A stretch of DNA of 64,000 nt, from the NCBI RefSeq assembly GCF_009914755.1, contig NC_060932.1. One strand, 5' to 3'. Of the stretch, positions 30,601 through 47,293 are shown piece after piece. A program made the translations under genes and the position numbers. How positions within the stretch are numbered: the first letter of the stretch is position 1; each line of letters begins with the position of its first letter. Source of the DNA: the human T2T-CHM13v2.0 reference genome, Homo sapiens. The notes under the pieces were generated by a model. That model ran no database searches. It saw nothing but the letters and a program-made list of their open reading frames with translations, and was not told the DNA's origin.

Positions 30601-32116
30601 TATGCAGAGCTCAGAGACTATGTCTTATTCATCTCTGTATTCCCAACTGCAGTGTCAGCTAAGTAGCTGCCACTCAAGAAATGTTAGTTGACCAGATGAT
30701 TGACAGGTAGATAGATAGATAGGTACAGGAACAATTGAATAAATAAATGAGATGCATTGAGAGATAGGACACAAAAATGTTATGTGACCAAAGTCACCAG
30801 GAGATGAACAGCTAGAATTCCGGTGATCTCCAGACTCATCCACTTTCCATTTTTCATTTGTCAGTGAAGAAAGTGGGCTGCAAAGCCCATAGGAGACCTC
30901 CCTTTTAAAAGGTGCTTGAGAGAAGAAAGATACGTAACAAAGCACCACACAGAGGCCATCGTCCTCCCTCCATCCACATTTTGGATCACTGGGTCATGTT
31001 TAGAGAGGATTTTTCACAGAGCAAGTCAATCAAAGAAGCCGCTTTCTATATAGAGGAACCCACAGAGCCACTGCGGGCTGTCTGTTGTGTCTGTTTTTCA
31101 ACCACATTGGAAATCAAATCATTCTGAGAAAAAAGTCAGGAGAAAGGTCACTGCCTACCCCAGATAGCCGGCTCTCTGTTTCTATAAAAGTGGACACGAG
31201 AAGATTTGGATGATCTGAAGGTGGGGACTCTGCTGCGAGTGTGCTCTGCAGGCTGGAGACATCCTTCTCCTTTCCCCGGCATCAGCAAAAACACCGAATG
31301 CATTAACCCAAGGGGGTAGGACTTCACTCAGAACCTGCCCTTGCCAAGTGGAAAATCCTACAGCTCCTGGCTCCCTACCATCCAGTTCTGTCACATCCAA
31401 TTCATCATCTAGTGTAGGCCGGGCCTGGAGACTGCAGTCCCTGTGGATTTAAAGCCGTGACATTCTGAATCTAGAGCTTCAAAGGGGCATGGTGAGATTG
31501 TCCACCCCGATCCCCTCAGCACGGGAAATTCTGATGTCAACAAGCCGGGACAAAGTTTCCTCCACCAGAAGTCCATGGATGAAATTCTCTTTGGGAGAAA
31601 TCTGGTTTTTGTGCCTCTAAAATGGAAGCCCCCAACCTTGCTTGAATCTGGACACGTTTGAGAAACTGATGAAAGAAATGGCTCCTCTCTCTTCCAGGGA
31701 AAATGCACTTGTGCACATTTTGCTTTCAATTTCAAGAGAACTTCTTGAGAGCTATTTGTAGAGTCCCTAAGGTCCAGAAATTCTAGGTTAATAATCCTTG
31801 ATAGAAATGCAAACTCTAGGCCTTTGCTCTGGTCTTCTAAGGAGGACTGCACCTCAACTAATGTTAACACCAACAGGAGTTGTCTTAAATTCTCTGCCCG
31901 AATATGATTTAGAAATTAGAGAGGAGAGGCTTTATGCAGGACAGAAACTGCCTAGGATATTATAATTAGGAAAACCTGGATTCGAATCCCAGTTCTTCAT
32001 TTAACAGCTGTTTCTTTAACAAAGCCACTTGAACTCTCTGAGTCTCAGTTTCTCATCTGAAAACTGGGAATGAAACTACCTCACAGGGTTTTCAGATAAT
32101 GCATGAAAAGTGACTA

Positions 32117-32700
<584 letters not shown>

Positions 32701-32754
32701 ATCTTTTTTTTTTTTTCTCCCCTTTCCATTCATGAGAACTGAAGAAATTCTCTA

Positions 32755-33900
<1,146 letters not shown>

Positions 33901-34845
33901 TTCACCTAGGCCAAGAGGGTGATGCCCAAATCATCTACCCAAGCACTGCTGAGCAATTCTCGCTACATGGGAAACACTGGGGGAGGCCCTGTGGGCTGTA
34001 CCCCAAGCTGGGTGTCCACTGGAGAAATGAACAGAAACACAGAAGACAGTGATGACCTCGGGTGCAAACAGTCAGTGCCAAGGGAACTGCTCGGACGTGA
34101 GCACAGCCGCAGGGGGCCCACAGAGGGCTTGGTGGCCAAGAGCCTAGCTCAGGCACCAGGTAGATTAGGCCCGGATTCCGCTCCTTCTATGGGATCCCCT
34201 GTAAAATCCAGGACAAGTTTATCTTAGTCTCCTTGTCTAGAAAAAACAAAACAAAACCAAAACCAGCAACAATAAAACCAGCTTCACAGTTTGTTGTGTG
34301 GATTAAATGACATGCTTATGTAAAACACCTGGTATCAGGGTGACTGGCAGGGAGCTTAATAAATCGAGGCTGTTCTCATTACCTGTGTTTGGAATGGGGC
34401 TGAGGAGTGGCTCCCTAGAGGAGGGTGGATGACAGGCTCTGAGAATGGAGGGACTCAGCTCAGGAAGGCTGCAAGGAGGGAGGCCAGACCCAGGCGCAGA
34501 GGGGCGGCGCCCAGCCTCCCAGGGCTATTAGTTGCTGACCCCACCAGGTTCAGCTTGGTGCCGCAGGAGAGCAGGGCCTCAGGAACAGGACGCTGAAAGG
34601 GGTCAAGGGAATCGGGTCCTGGGGATTTCCCGCCCAAAGAGCGCAGGCCCCCCACGGGGTCTCTGAGGCCCCATGGTGCAGCAGGAAACCTAGGACAGGA
34701 GAGGAACAGGAGCACGGAAGGAGAGAAAGCCCCCTGGGCGGCAGGTGGGAGGACGATGGGGCCAACGGCACCTACGGGAAATTTCCCTGGGCTTGGCCCT
34801 CCAACAAAAGTTGAGTCTCTTAAATCCATATTGTTTTAGTTATTT

Positions 34846-35165
34846 TTTGTTTGTTTGTGTTTGTTTGTTTGTTTGTTTGTTTGTTTTTTGACACTCTCGC
34901 TCTGTCGCCCAGGCTGGAATGCTGTGACATGATCTTGGCTCACTGCAACCTCCACTTCCCGGGTTCAAGTGATTCTCTTGCTTCAGCGTCTTGAGTAGCT
35001 GGGATCACAGGCACACACAACCACGCCTGACTAATTTTTGTATTTTTAGTAGAGATGGGGTTTTGCCATGTTGGCCAGGCTGGTCTCGGACGTCAGGTGA
35101 TCTGCCCACCTCAGCATCCCAAAGTGCTGAGATTACAGGCCTTTGTATCTGGGCTGCGCCCAGCC
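34846..35165 (-). mobile_element. AluS SINE with (GTTT)n tail
   Basis: Reverse dimeric Alu. Confidence 0.9.
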
Positions 35166-36806
35166 TTAGTGGCTACTTTTTTGACAGTTACAGACTCTGT
35201 GCTCAATAAACACTTATTGATTGATTGATTTCTTCCTCGGCTATGTTGCCAGGAATGAACCTATTTGTGCAGCCTGTTAAGCACGGGGTTATGAACTGCC
35301 TGTCTTCCCCCTTCTGAGGGACTGGAGCTTTATAAGTCCAAGCAGGGGCTCCAGGCTGGCCGCAGCAACAACAGGTAGCTTGACAGATGACTCTGGCCCC
35401 AACCAGCTGGAAGAATTGATGTGTCTACAGTCCAGATTCTCTAGAAAATTGCCAGTTCTCTGTTGACCTCTGCCACCAAGGGCTTGATCTCACTAAAGAA
35501 AGGGAAATGGGAGGTGGCCACAGTCAGAGAAAGCAACTGGAGCAAGGACATGGCACTCCTAAAACCTACCATCAGCAAACGAGACAAGGCAGACTACAGA
35601 CTGAATCTGCTCAAATATTTATGGCATAAAAGAGGAAACCACTGGGGTGGGGGCTGGAGGGGGAGCCTGTGTGCTAGATGGACATTTAAAAATTCCGCTA
35701 AGTCTCCAAAGCCCAGAGGAGCTAGGTCATTAAAATCTGCAGGCTAAGAATAGCTCGAGATTTATCCCCCACGCTGGACAGTCCTGCTTGGCCCAGATGC
35801 GGCCTCCAAGCAAGCAGTGAGGTTTCACCTTGGCTTTGGCAGATTCCACTGCTGGGATTCACAGGCAAGAGAACCCCAAACTACAAAGAGAAGCTCGATC
35901 AGCCTTGCCCACAATGCGGAGCAGTCAAACAGTCAAGGCCAGATCTAACATCCTTGGTAAACACACAACCAGGCCAAGTTATGAGCCCCTGTGAATGCAC
36001 TCATGAGAGATCCAGGTGCTAAGACGCTGTAGGCTGTGGTGGGAAGGCCAGCTCCAGTTGTGTGACCTGAGCGGGCTACTTAACCTCTCTGAACCTCAGG
36101 TTCCTCATCTGAAAAATGGGGGAAGGAAAGAACCTAACTCATGGGGTGCTGGGAGGATGAATACAGGCAAGTGTGCAGAGCTGAATTTGCCTTCCAACAA
36201 GAAGCAGTGTTGCTGGCATCAGCATCTGTCCCAAATATGGGGGAAAGCAATAAGTGAAGGACTTTACAAGTCAATAAGAACATTTCCCAGGAAGTGACCC
36301 TCTGAGGATTGCTGTGGGGGCCAAATGAAAAACCTCAAGGGGCCTCAGGGCCTGAGCACCTCCCCTGCTGTGCCTGGAGCACCATCCAGGCTGCACTGCT
36401 ACCAACAGAAGCCTGCAAAGAGCTGGCCAAATGTTCCCCAGCAGTTTATGAACAGAACTGCTGCTTCCAGAAAACTCCTCTGCCATTTTAACAACCTCGG
36501 AAATGCCTTAACCCTAGAAAAACTGGCCCAAGTGATCAAAATGCTAGCAAGGTGCCCTGAACCTATGGCCTCACAGAAGAATCAACAGGTGCCAGGCCGT
36601 TTGTGTGTGGCTGAGGATGAGGGCTGTCTGGGCGATGCGTGCTTGGAAAAGACAGGCCTGTGGATACCAGACTTTGGTGGAATTAACTCCGGACAAGGAG
36701 AGCAACACTAGGCACTGAATAAAGCCCTCCATCAAATTCAGGGGTCGCTGATGAGCATGTTTCCAGCATGCAATGTTTCACAATCTTGGGCACACTCCTG
36801 GAGAGT

Positions 36807-37035
36807 AGCATTTCCCATAGTGTGTTCTGTGGAAACGAGTTCTACCATATGCTCCATGACGAAAGGGTTCCTCAGTAAAAGGTGTTTGGGAACACTGCAG
36901 GACAGAACCCCCGATGAACATTTGCACTAATAAAGGCTTCGAAAGGGCCTGCGTGAAATTAACGCACAGCTTGTTTGAGCGTGGAACTGTAGTTTGGTTT
37001 TTGGTAGAACCCCGTAGAACACACTTTGGGTCCAC
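36807..37035. mobile_element. Charlie4-like hAT relic
   Basis: CATTTCCCATAGTGTGTTCTGTGGAAAC ... TGTTTGGGAACACTG ... AATAAAGGCT ... GAACACACTTTGGG. Confidence 0.62.
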
Positions 37036-38246
37036 CACTTCAGAACTCTGCTACTAAAGCAGCAGCCGTGGCTTGGGAGACCCCACTCTGCTGCTGATTC
37101 AGTGGTGAGTGCTCACTCGGTGCCTGTGTTCACTCATCTCCAGGGCTCTGTGCTCTGGGACTGAGCAGACCCTACTGAGTCCATCAGAGATGGCCAGGCC
37201 CACGCTAGGCACTGCGGCAGAAACGAGCGCAGGAGCGAACCCAAGCCCTCCGAGGAAATACCCATGGACAGGTATCTGGGAGGACCCAAGGCATAGGCAG
37301 TTTCTCAGCCTCTCCCTCTCCCCGCACCCCTGCGTTCCTTGCTGAATCTTACAGGAGACTCACATTGAACTTTCTGAGCACGCCTTCTTAGAAAACACAC
37401 TCAGCCACTTTCATGTACAGCAGTGCCCACCTCCGCACGCCTCCTCTTGCACGCTCCTGCCTTAAAGCCACCATTTTCTTCCCTTCCCCAGAGGTCCCTC
37501 TCTGGATCAGAAGCAGATATGCCAAATTTTACAAATAGCACCAGGCCCTGCTCAGACGGGGTGAATCTAGGTGACTTGGAACTGGAACAAAATTTCGGGG
37601 AAATTGGCAAAATGTATTTAACCTCTTCCCTTTCCCTCTGGCCTCCCAAGGACCTGATTCCCAGGGACATTATTTCTGCTTGAGGCATAACAGAGCTAGA
37701 TACAGATATACATGAACTGCCTAGTCCAGGGTGCAGCTCTCAGCTCTGGCATTGCTAGCTGGGAGGCTGAGGACGAGTTATTTAACCTTTCTAAGCTTTA
37801 GTTTCCTTATCTACAAAATGGTGTCTAGGAAAGCTATGCCTCAAGGCTGGAGTGAGGCTGAGCTGAAATGCAGGTGCATTGGAAGGCAGGGAGCACCTCC
37901 CAGCCCTGAACAGAGAGAGCAAACGGAGGAAACCACATGCTCCCAGCCTGCGCCCCAGGTGGACCTGCTGATTCATCTTCCCAGGTCAGACTGGAGAAGA
38001 TAGAGGAGCACCTATTTGATGGGGGAAAGGACACACTCAACATTTTTAAAAGAATGAAAATATTTTATACCCAATTTTTGCAAGCCAAAAGGCTGGGGAA
38101 ATGTTTGTTTATTTTCAAGTGAAAATTCCTTAAAATTAGGAAAAGGAGCAGAGGAAGGGGTTGAGAGAGGAGGCTCAGACAAAAAAAAAAAAAAAAAAGG
38201 GAAAAACTAAACAAGTTCAAAAGGGGAAAAAAGAAAAACCACTGCA

Positions 38247-38549
38247 GGCCAGGTGCGGTGGCTCACACCTGTAATCCCAGCACTTTGAGAGGCTGAGGCA
38301 GGAGGATCACTTGAGGCCAGGAGTTCAGGACCAGCCTGGGCAACATGGCAAGACCCCTGTCTCTATAAAAAATTCTTTAAAAATTGGCTGGGTGGTGGCA
38401 TGCACCAATAGTCCCAGGTATTCAGGAGGCTGAGGTAGGAGGATTGCTTGAGCCCAGGAGTTCCAGGCTGCAGTGAGCCATGATCGCACCACTGCACTCC
38501 AGCCTAGGTGACAGAGAAAGACCCTGTCTCTAAAAATAAAAAATAAAAA
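38247..38549 (+). mobile_element. AluJ SINE
   Basis: Dimeric AluJ. Confidence 0.92.
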
Positions 38550-38596
38550 GTTTGACATAAAGAATTTTTTTGCAGTGGATTAAAAAGAGTATTATA

Positions 38597-38972
<376 letters not shown>

Positions 38973-39481
38973 TCACCATAATCTCACCAGCTAAAGGTAA
39001 TTTCAAAACTGTGTGTACCTTGGCTGTTGTCTTGCTAGGCATCTTTGGCATGTAAATATTTTCTGGCTAAAATGAAGCCATATGCTTGGTAACTTACTTT
39101 CTCACTTATTAGTAGTATACAATAAACTCTAGCATTGTTGCTTTGGGTTGGTTAAAGCCTAAGCTGGTTGGTGGATAAACCTTCTGCACATCACCCTTGC
39201 TGGTGAGGTATTATGAATCCCATTTTGCAGAGGGAGAAACTGAGGCCGAGAAAGCTGTCTCACTAATGTCATACAAGTTGAAAGAGGTTCTGTGCTGGGG
39301 CCGGGAACAGAGGCTCCCCTACCTCCCACAATAGCGAATGTGGTTTCTTTCAGGCAGTTGCCACGCATCCAGGGGCTTACCATGCTCTAAGGGCCAGTTT
39401 GTGGGTTCTTATTCTATGAAACAGGGGCAATGAATGAGGCTGCTGCACGTTCTGCGCTTTTGTTAATTCAAGGGTACCACT

Positions 39482-39787
39482 GGCCGGGCATGGTGGCTCA
39501 CACCTGTAATCCCAGCACTTTGGGAGGCCGAGGCGGGTGGATCACGAGGTCAGGAGATCGAGATCCAGAGCATCCTGGCTAGCACGGTGAAACCCCGTCT
39601 CTACTAAAAATACAAAAAATTAGCCAGGCATGGCGGCAGGTGCCTGTAGTCCTAGCTACTCAGGAGGCTGAGGCAGAAGAATGGCATGAACCTGGGAGGT
39701 GGAGCTTGTAGTGAGCCGAGATCACGCCACTGCACTCCAGCCTGGGTGACAGAGTGAGACTCTGTCTCAAAAAAAAAAAAAAAAAAA
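39482..39787 (+). mobile_element. AluY-like SINE
   Basis: GATCACGAGGTCAGGAGATCGAGA and GGAGCTTG diagnostics; small insertion in the left arm; TSD AAGGGTACCA. Confidence 0.92.
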
Positions 39788-41692
39788 GGGTACCATTTCC
39801 TCCAAGAGGCCACATCAAATGGAAAATTATTTCTCCCATTGGGTTATATGTGAAAACTCTATAAGAATGTTTCTTTATTTAAATGCCTGGGAGACTCTTT
39901 TGATTGGCCGGTGGGATGTGGACAATCCCCTGAGCAGAGGCGAGCCAGCCTGTGAGTGCACCTCCTGCCCACCACGAGAGCTGCTGGCCGCGTGCTGAGT
40001 CCTCCCCACTCTCCCTCATCCCTGGCTCCTCCTTGCACATGAGATCCCCTCAACTGATAGCGCAGAATTTACTGACTGGTAACCAAACTCGGCTTCCTTG
40101 TAAACAACAGCAAACCACAGCTGCTTCTGCCAGTTACTGCATCATAAATAAAATAAATGGAAGAATTGGAGGGAAATTAAGCCCTGCAGAGAGATGAGTG
40201 CTTAGAGGGTGAGGCAGACGGGGAAAGGATAATTCAGACCCCTTACCAACCTAACCGTCGTCACTCATGGAACCACGGCTGAGTGGGTATGCGGAGCATC
40301 CAGAACCGAAGAAACTGATCGCCCCTCCCTCGGCTCCCTGACCAAAGCCATGTCCACATGAAGCCAAACACCTGGATGTTTAGAAAGCATATCTTCATAA
40401 GCATTTCACAGCCCAAACAACTCAGCTTCTCCTCTCAGGGGAGGTCTGTCTCAGGCTCAGAGCACTGACCAACCAGATCACACATGGCAAGAGGGGACCA
40501 GCCACAAACACGGCAACCCCTTCCAGAAGCCTTGAGGCTCCAGAAGGGGATCACCCCCATTCCTACCAGTCGCAAGGTGGTAGGGTCTGCGAGCATCCAG
40601 TGTGTGGCGCTGCACACACCCTCTGAGCTGAGGCCTCCCTGGCCACCCAAGGGCTCCAAGAGCTTGGGGTCCATGAGCTCCCACTGACTCACCCATCTCG
40701 CGAATTGGGATTCATGAGCACACGGCTGAGGAGGGACTTGAAACAAGTGTTTAAAGCTCATGGTCTCCTTGAAGCAGCACATTTTCAGGAACTGCATTTG
40801 CTGAGCCGGGCCTTCCTCCCATTTCTGTTCCTAGCAAGGTGTCCGGCTCCCACAGGAGACTCAGCAGCTCTCAGATGAACACACAGCTCAATGAACATGT
40901 GGGTGCCCACCATGCCTAACACAGGACTGAACTCACAGCTGGGGCTCAGTAGATACTGTGTGGGTGAGGAAGGAATGGCTTCCTCACACCCACTCTGTGC
41001 TCCGAGGCCTCCCAGATCTGCATCTCCAGCCCAGCCCTCCTCCAAATTCACGGGTCCCACTGGCTCAGGGCAGATGGCCCTGTGGCACCTGAAGCTGCAC
41101 ACGTGTGAATTGGAGCTGCTAACTCCCTCCCCTCCTCTGATTCTCTCCCCTCCTTTCCACACAATGCACATGCCACCATGCACTCAGCCAGCCTCACCAG
41201 GACCTGGGAGTCAGCCTAGATTCTTCCCTCTCCCTCCTCCCCCCAGCAGTCCCAGGTAGGGCCTCTGGAAGGTTCAGTCCGCTTCTTCCCATCCTCCTCC
41301 CACTGCTTTCCTGATTTTCCCCCAGGACTCGCCTCCTAATCGCCTCCATCCCCTCATCACCACTCTCTCTCTCTCCCCTATCCCTGCACCAGTCTTCAAA
41401 GCCACTATCCACAGTAATCTCAGAAAATCTCTCCAAGGTATGAATGTGACAGTGCCACTCCAATGCATTCCACACTCAATGGGTCTGCAGTGCCCCTGCT
41501 AACCCAGAGCTCCATGTCCAACTCTCGCCTCTCCACCATGACACTGGCCTCCGCCAGACCCTAGAGGAACTATGCACATACCCTTCAGTGGGGACGTATG
41601 GAGCCTGCCCTCCCTTCTCTTGGGGCCACCAGGGAGAACTTGCTTCCTCTTTTCTCTTAGGATATCATGCCTTCACCCTTTCCCAAAGGTAA

Positions 41693-42012
<320 letters not shown>

Positions 42013-42017
42013 TGCCT

Positions 42018-42570
42018 TAACCATTTTTAAGTGTACGGTTCAGGGACATTAAGTACATTCACATTGCTGTGCTACCATTACCACCATCCAGCCACAGAAC
42101 TCTTTTCATCTTGCAAAGTGAAACTCTGTACCCTTTAAACACTAACTTCCCATTGCTTTCTCCCACTGGAAATCACTGTTCTACTTTCTGTCTCTGTGCA
42201 TTTCACTACTCTAGGAATCGTACAGAGTTTGTCCTTTTGTGACTGGCTTATTTCACTCAGCACATCGTCCTCAAGGTTCACCCATGTGGCAGGTGTAGCA
42301 GTGTCCTTCCTGCTATTTAAGGCTGAATAACACTCCATGGTATGTATACGCTGCATTTTCTTTATCCACTCACCCATCAATGGACACTTGGATTGCTTCC
42401 ACCTTTTGGCTGTTGTTAATAAGTCTGCAGCGAACATGGGTGTACAAATATCTGTTTGGGTCCCTGCTTTCAATTCCTTTGGATATATACCCAGAAATGG
42501 AATTGCTGGATCATATGGTGATTCTATTTTTAATTTTTTGAGGAACCTCCCTACAGTGTTCCATCTACCC
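42018..42570 (-). mobile_element. L1MB 3' end
   Basis: TTAACCATTTTTAAGTGTACGGTTCAG...GACTGGCTTATTTCACTCAGCA...ATATACCCAGAAATGGAATTGCTGGATCATATGG. The ORF at 42135-42473 is degraded L1 ORF2 C-terminus/3' sequence. Confidence 0.9.
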
Positions 42571-43275
42571 TAGTATAAATTTTACATCCATCTGACCAGT
42601 TGGTTCTTAGTGTGGGGAGGTACAGACCCCAACGCTGGGAGAAGCAGCGAAGGTGCAAGTTGCTAGGACTCCAGTAGGAGGCCCTAGAAAGAGTCCTCTC
42701 AGGACAAGACCCCAAGAAGGATGAGTGTCAGTCCAGCACCCCAATCTCTGATGATGCCGCTTTTCCTCTCGTCTTGTGATGGGCTTGTTTCAGAGTGGAA
42801 GGGGTGAAACTGAGAGGCGGATGCAAAGTTCTGCAAAAGGAGGCAACATCAGCTCTCAAACAAGACACTCATGAGCCAAAGATGCTCATGCCCTGCTTCT
42901 CACAGTGCCTGGTTAATACCAAAATAATACAAATCTCCTAAAATGCACAAAATCTCTTAAAATGCCTAAGAAATGAAGCTTCTGCACAGAAGGGTCCTGG
43001 ACCTGATAACAGCCCCAAGTGATGTCCACTCCAGCCACAGCAAATGACTCCCAGAGCTCAAGAGTCAAGCCCTGTTCCCTGCAGGCCTTTTCCCATGCCA
43101 TTCCCTCTGCCCACCACATCCTTCCACCCGGCAGCACCCATGCCACACACACACCATCAGGCTAGGTGATACCCTCCTTTTTGCTTGAGCAGATCACACA
43201 TCTCCATCAAGTCATGGCTTGGGTTTCTTCCCCATCACCCCTCTAAGCTGTCAGCTGTCTCCCCCACTGAAATGA

Positions 43276-43949
<674 letters not shown>

Positions 43950-44897
43950 CACCAAGATGATGAGCAATTATTCAGGCGTGGTTTGTCCTCTCAGAGACCT
44001 TTTAAAAGTCCAAGGCCTAAATGCAGCTTCCAGACAATGTACGAAATCTCATCAGAAATGTTCACGGCATTTATTCTCATTTTGTAAATGATTTATAACT
44101 TTATATATCTTGTGAATAATTAAGAAATGTGCCCGGGAACCTCTTCCAGCAGATCTTCTGGTAGGAATCTTAAATCATGTGCCATAAGCTATCGACCCTG
44201 GTCTGATACATTATTTACAAAGCTCACTAAAGCCTGGGATGAGGAATCACTGCATCAAAACTATTCCCTTCAAAATCTTTTTTAAAAGAGCTTAGAAATT
44301 TTCAGAGGGGCGTGCAGAGAGCAAAGTTCCTGGAACAAATTTTATAACAGACACTCGAACTTTCGGATGGAAGACACTGCACCCAAGGCCTATTTAACAA
44401 AAGCAAAGGGAATGAAAAAGATGAGGCTCAGACGGGGAGAAGGAATGCGAACACCCAGGGTTCCAGCACCCAGCTAAAGCATGTCCTGATCATAAAGGGG
44501 AATATTTACGTAAAACCATTTCCTATTCGTTGGCAAGATTAAATGGGATGAGGAAAGCAAAGCACAGCCCTGATTCTGATGAGAAACTCAATAAACAATG
44601 GTCTTCTTCTCTAGGTGACTCTTTCTGGGCTAAGAAAGGAGGAAAAGATCAAAATCCAGAGTGGGAGGTGTCAGAAGACGAATTGTCCCTAATCCCTAAA
44701 ACTGCGTGGTTGGACCCGATGGTCCCTTCCTTTCCATCTCTGATGTTCTGACTCAGGACTGGCAGGAGCCCGTTGCCCTCCTCAGGGTCTCAGGCAGGGA
44801 AGAGAGTGCTCCTTGAACTTCACTGGACAGAAGAATCATCAGGGATCTTGCTTAAAAATGCAGATTTGAGGACCCCATCCTCTGAGATCTTAATTCA

Positions 44898-45333
<436 letters not shown>

Positions 45334-46831
45334 TCAAAATGGTAACTGGGGCTTGCTTATATTTTCAATATTGTTACACATCCAAAAGCTCAATTATTTT
45401 GCAATAATGTTGGACTCTGAGTGCAATAAGTCTCAAACTTTAGTGCACAGATGACTTACTAAGAAGATCCCAAGAAGAAAGGATCTAAGATACAGATTCT
45501 TGAGTCCTACCCCTGGAGAATCCAATTCAGCAGGCTGAGAGGGCAGGCTCTGACATTTTAACCAGTGCCCTAGAGGCCTAAAACCATTTTAGGGATTCAG
45601 GCGGTTCAAGGACCCCTCTGCAAGTAACACCACCAACAGCCCTACCAACAGAGGGCCCCACCTCTGTGCCCCGAATGAAATGAAATGAGGAGGAGGCTGA
45701 GAGATCCAGCAGAGAACGCCAGTCTTTACCAAATGCCCGAGATTATGCATGTGAAGGTGAGGAGGATAAGCATGACCAGCCTAAGTTTTTGCTTAAAAAA
45801 AAAAAGAGGTTTCAATGGGCACAGTCTTTTTATGCAAGTCCACCCTCAGTCCCTTCTGAAAACAAGGCCGAGTCACCTTCTCCATCATTCACTCGTGTTC
45901 ATTCATTCAGACGACATGCTCTGAGCTCTACTCATGACTCACACCCCAAGCAAGGTTCCAGGGACATGAGCGTCCCTCCATCCTAAAGCACTCCCTGAGC
46001 CTCAGCCCCTGTGACTGGGGATGTTTCACCCCACAATATCAAGGGGACTCTCTAAGCTCTAGCCCCATGGATCACGGAAGGAGCTGTATGAGAAATGTGA
46101 GGTTACTGGGCAAAGCTGCCAGAGGTCTGAGAACGTGTGGCCGGCGTGAGGGAACATTTGCTGGATGATGGGCCAAGGGAGGCCAACAAAATAAATGTTA
46201 GCCCACTCAAAGCTGAGCTGGAAGAGGCTGGCAGAAAGGGTGGGCCCGGCACACACGTTAGCCGAGTCCCTGGCTTTAGCTGACCAAGGTTTTGTCCTTG
46301 TTGGAGGCACTCTGGCCATGGCACCTGGGCTCCGCTTGGCACAGGAGCATGTGGACACGTGGTGCTGCTGGGGGTCATGGGTCGGAGCCTCTGCTTGGCG
46401 AACACTCCTTCTGGAATCAAGGATGAGCTGCTCCCCACCCCTCCTGGCTCTCGAATGGGCACGGGGACTGTCTGCCCACCTCCCATCCTGTTCTCTCAAC
46501 AACCTCAACTCATGCTCCAGCAAGCCCTTTCCTCAGGGCTGGCCCTCTCTGCAGCCTCCGGGTCCCATGGAGCATGTCTATCTGCCCCTCACGGGCCACA
46601 CCTTTGACTCTAAGAGGCCTCTGCTACTATGACCCACACCCCAGGAGCTTCTGGAGGGAACACTGCACAGGTCCAGGGTGCCTTCCCATCGCCCCTGCAT
46701 TGTTCTCTGACGCATTTATGAGGCTGCATCTTCTCTCTCCCACTGACTGGAAGCTGCTGAAGGGTGGGGCTACCAATGGGCCTCCTAACCTCCGCAGAAT
46801 CGAGGCAGCTGCTGGAGCTATAGTAGATGCT

Positions 46832-46993
46832 GTTTATTTATGTTTTAGAGACAGGGTCGCTGTGTCACCCAGGCTGGAGGGCAGCAGCATGATCACAGCT
46901 CACTGCAGCGTCAAACTCCTGGGTTCAAGCCATCCTCCCATCTCAGCCTTCCAAAGTGCCAGGATTGCAGATGTGAGCCACCACGTCCGGCCT
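46832..46993 (-). mobile_element. Alu monomer (FRAM/AluJ-like)
   Basis: Single arm of ~150 bp. Confidence 0.85.
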
Positions 46994-46994
46994 A

Positions 46995-47293
46995 TGGTGT
47001 CTTTATAAAAAGGGGAAATGCAGACACAGAGGCAGATGCAGGGAGAGCACCATACGAAGAAGATCGGGGGGCGATGTTTCCACCAGCCAAGAAGTGCAAA
47101 AGATTGCCCACAGACCACCAGGAGCCAGGAGAGGGGCCTGGACATGTGCTCTCCCACAGTCCACCAAAGGAGCCGACCCTGCTGACACCTTGTTCTTGGG
47201 CTTCCAGCCTCCATGAGAGGGAGACAATAAATGTCTGCTGGTCAAGGCACCCAGTCTGTGGGACTTTGTTATGCCAGCCCTAGCAAGCTAAGA
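46995..47293 (+). mobile_element. MLT1B/C-type MaLR LTR, 3' part
   Basis: GGTGTCTTTATAAAAAGGGGAAAT...CCCTGCTGACACCTTG...CTTCCAGCCTCCA...AATAAATGTCTG...TTTGTTATGCCAGCCCTAGCAAGCTAA. Confidence 0.85.

Noticed and set aside
31182-31873. 154-aa and 72-aa minus-strand ORFs in unique sequence
   Set aside because: No family recognised, the 154-aa frame has a non-ATG start, and there is no convincing exon structure. PhyloCSF or tBLASTn would be needed to revive them.
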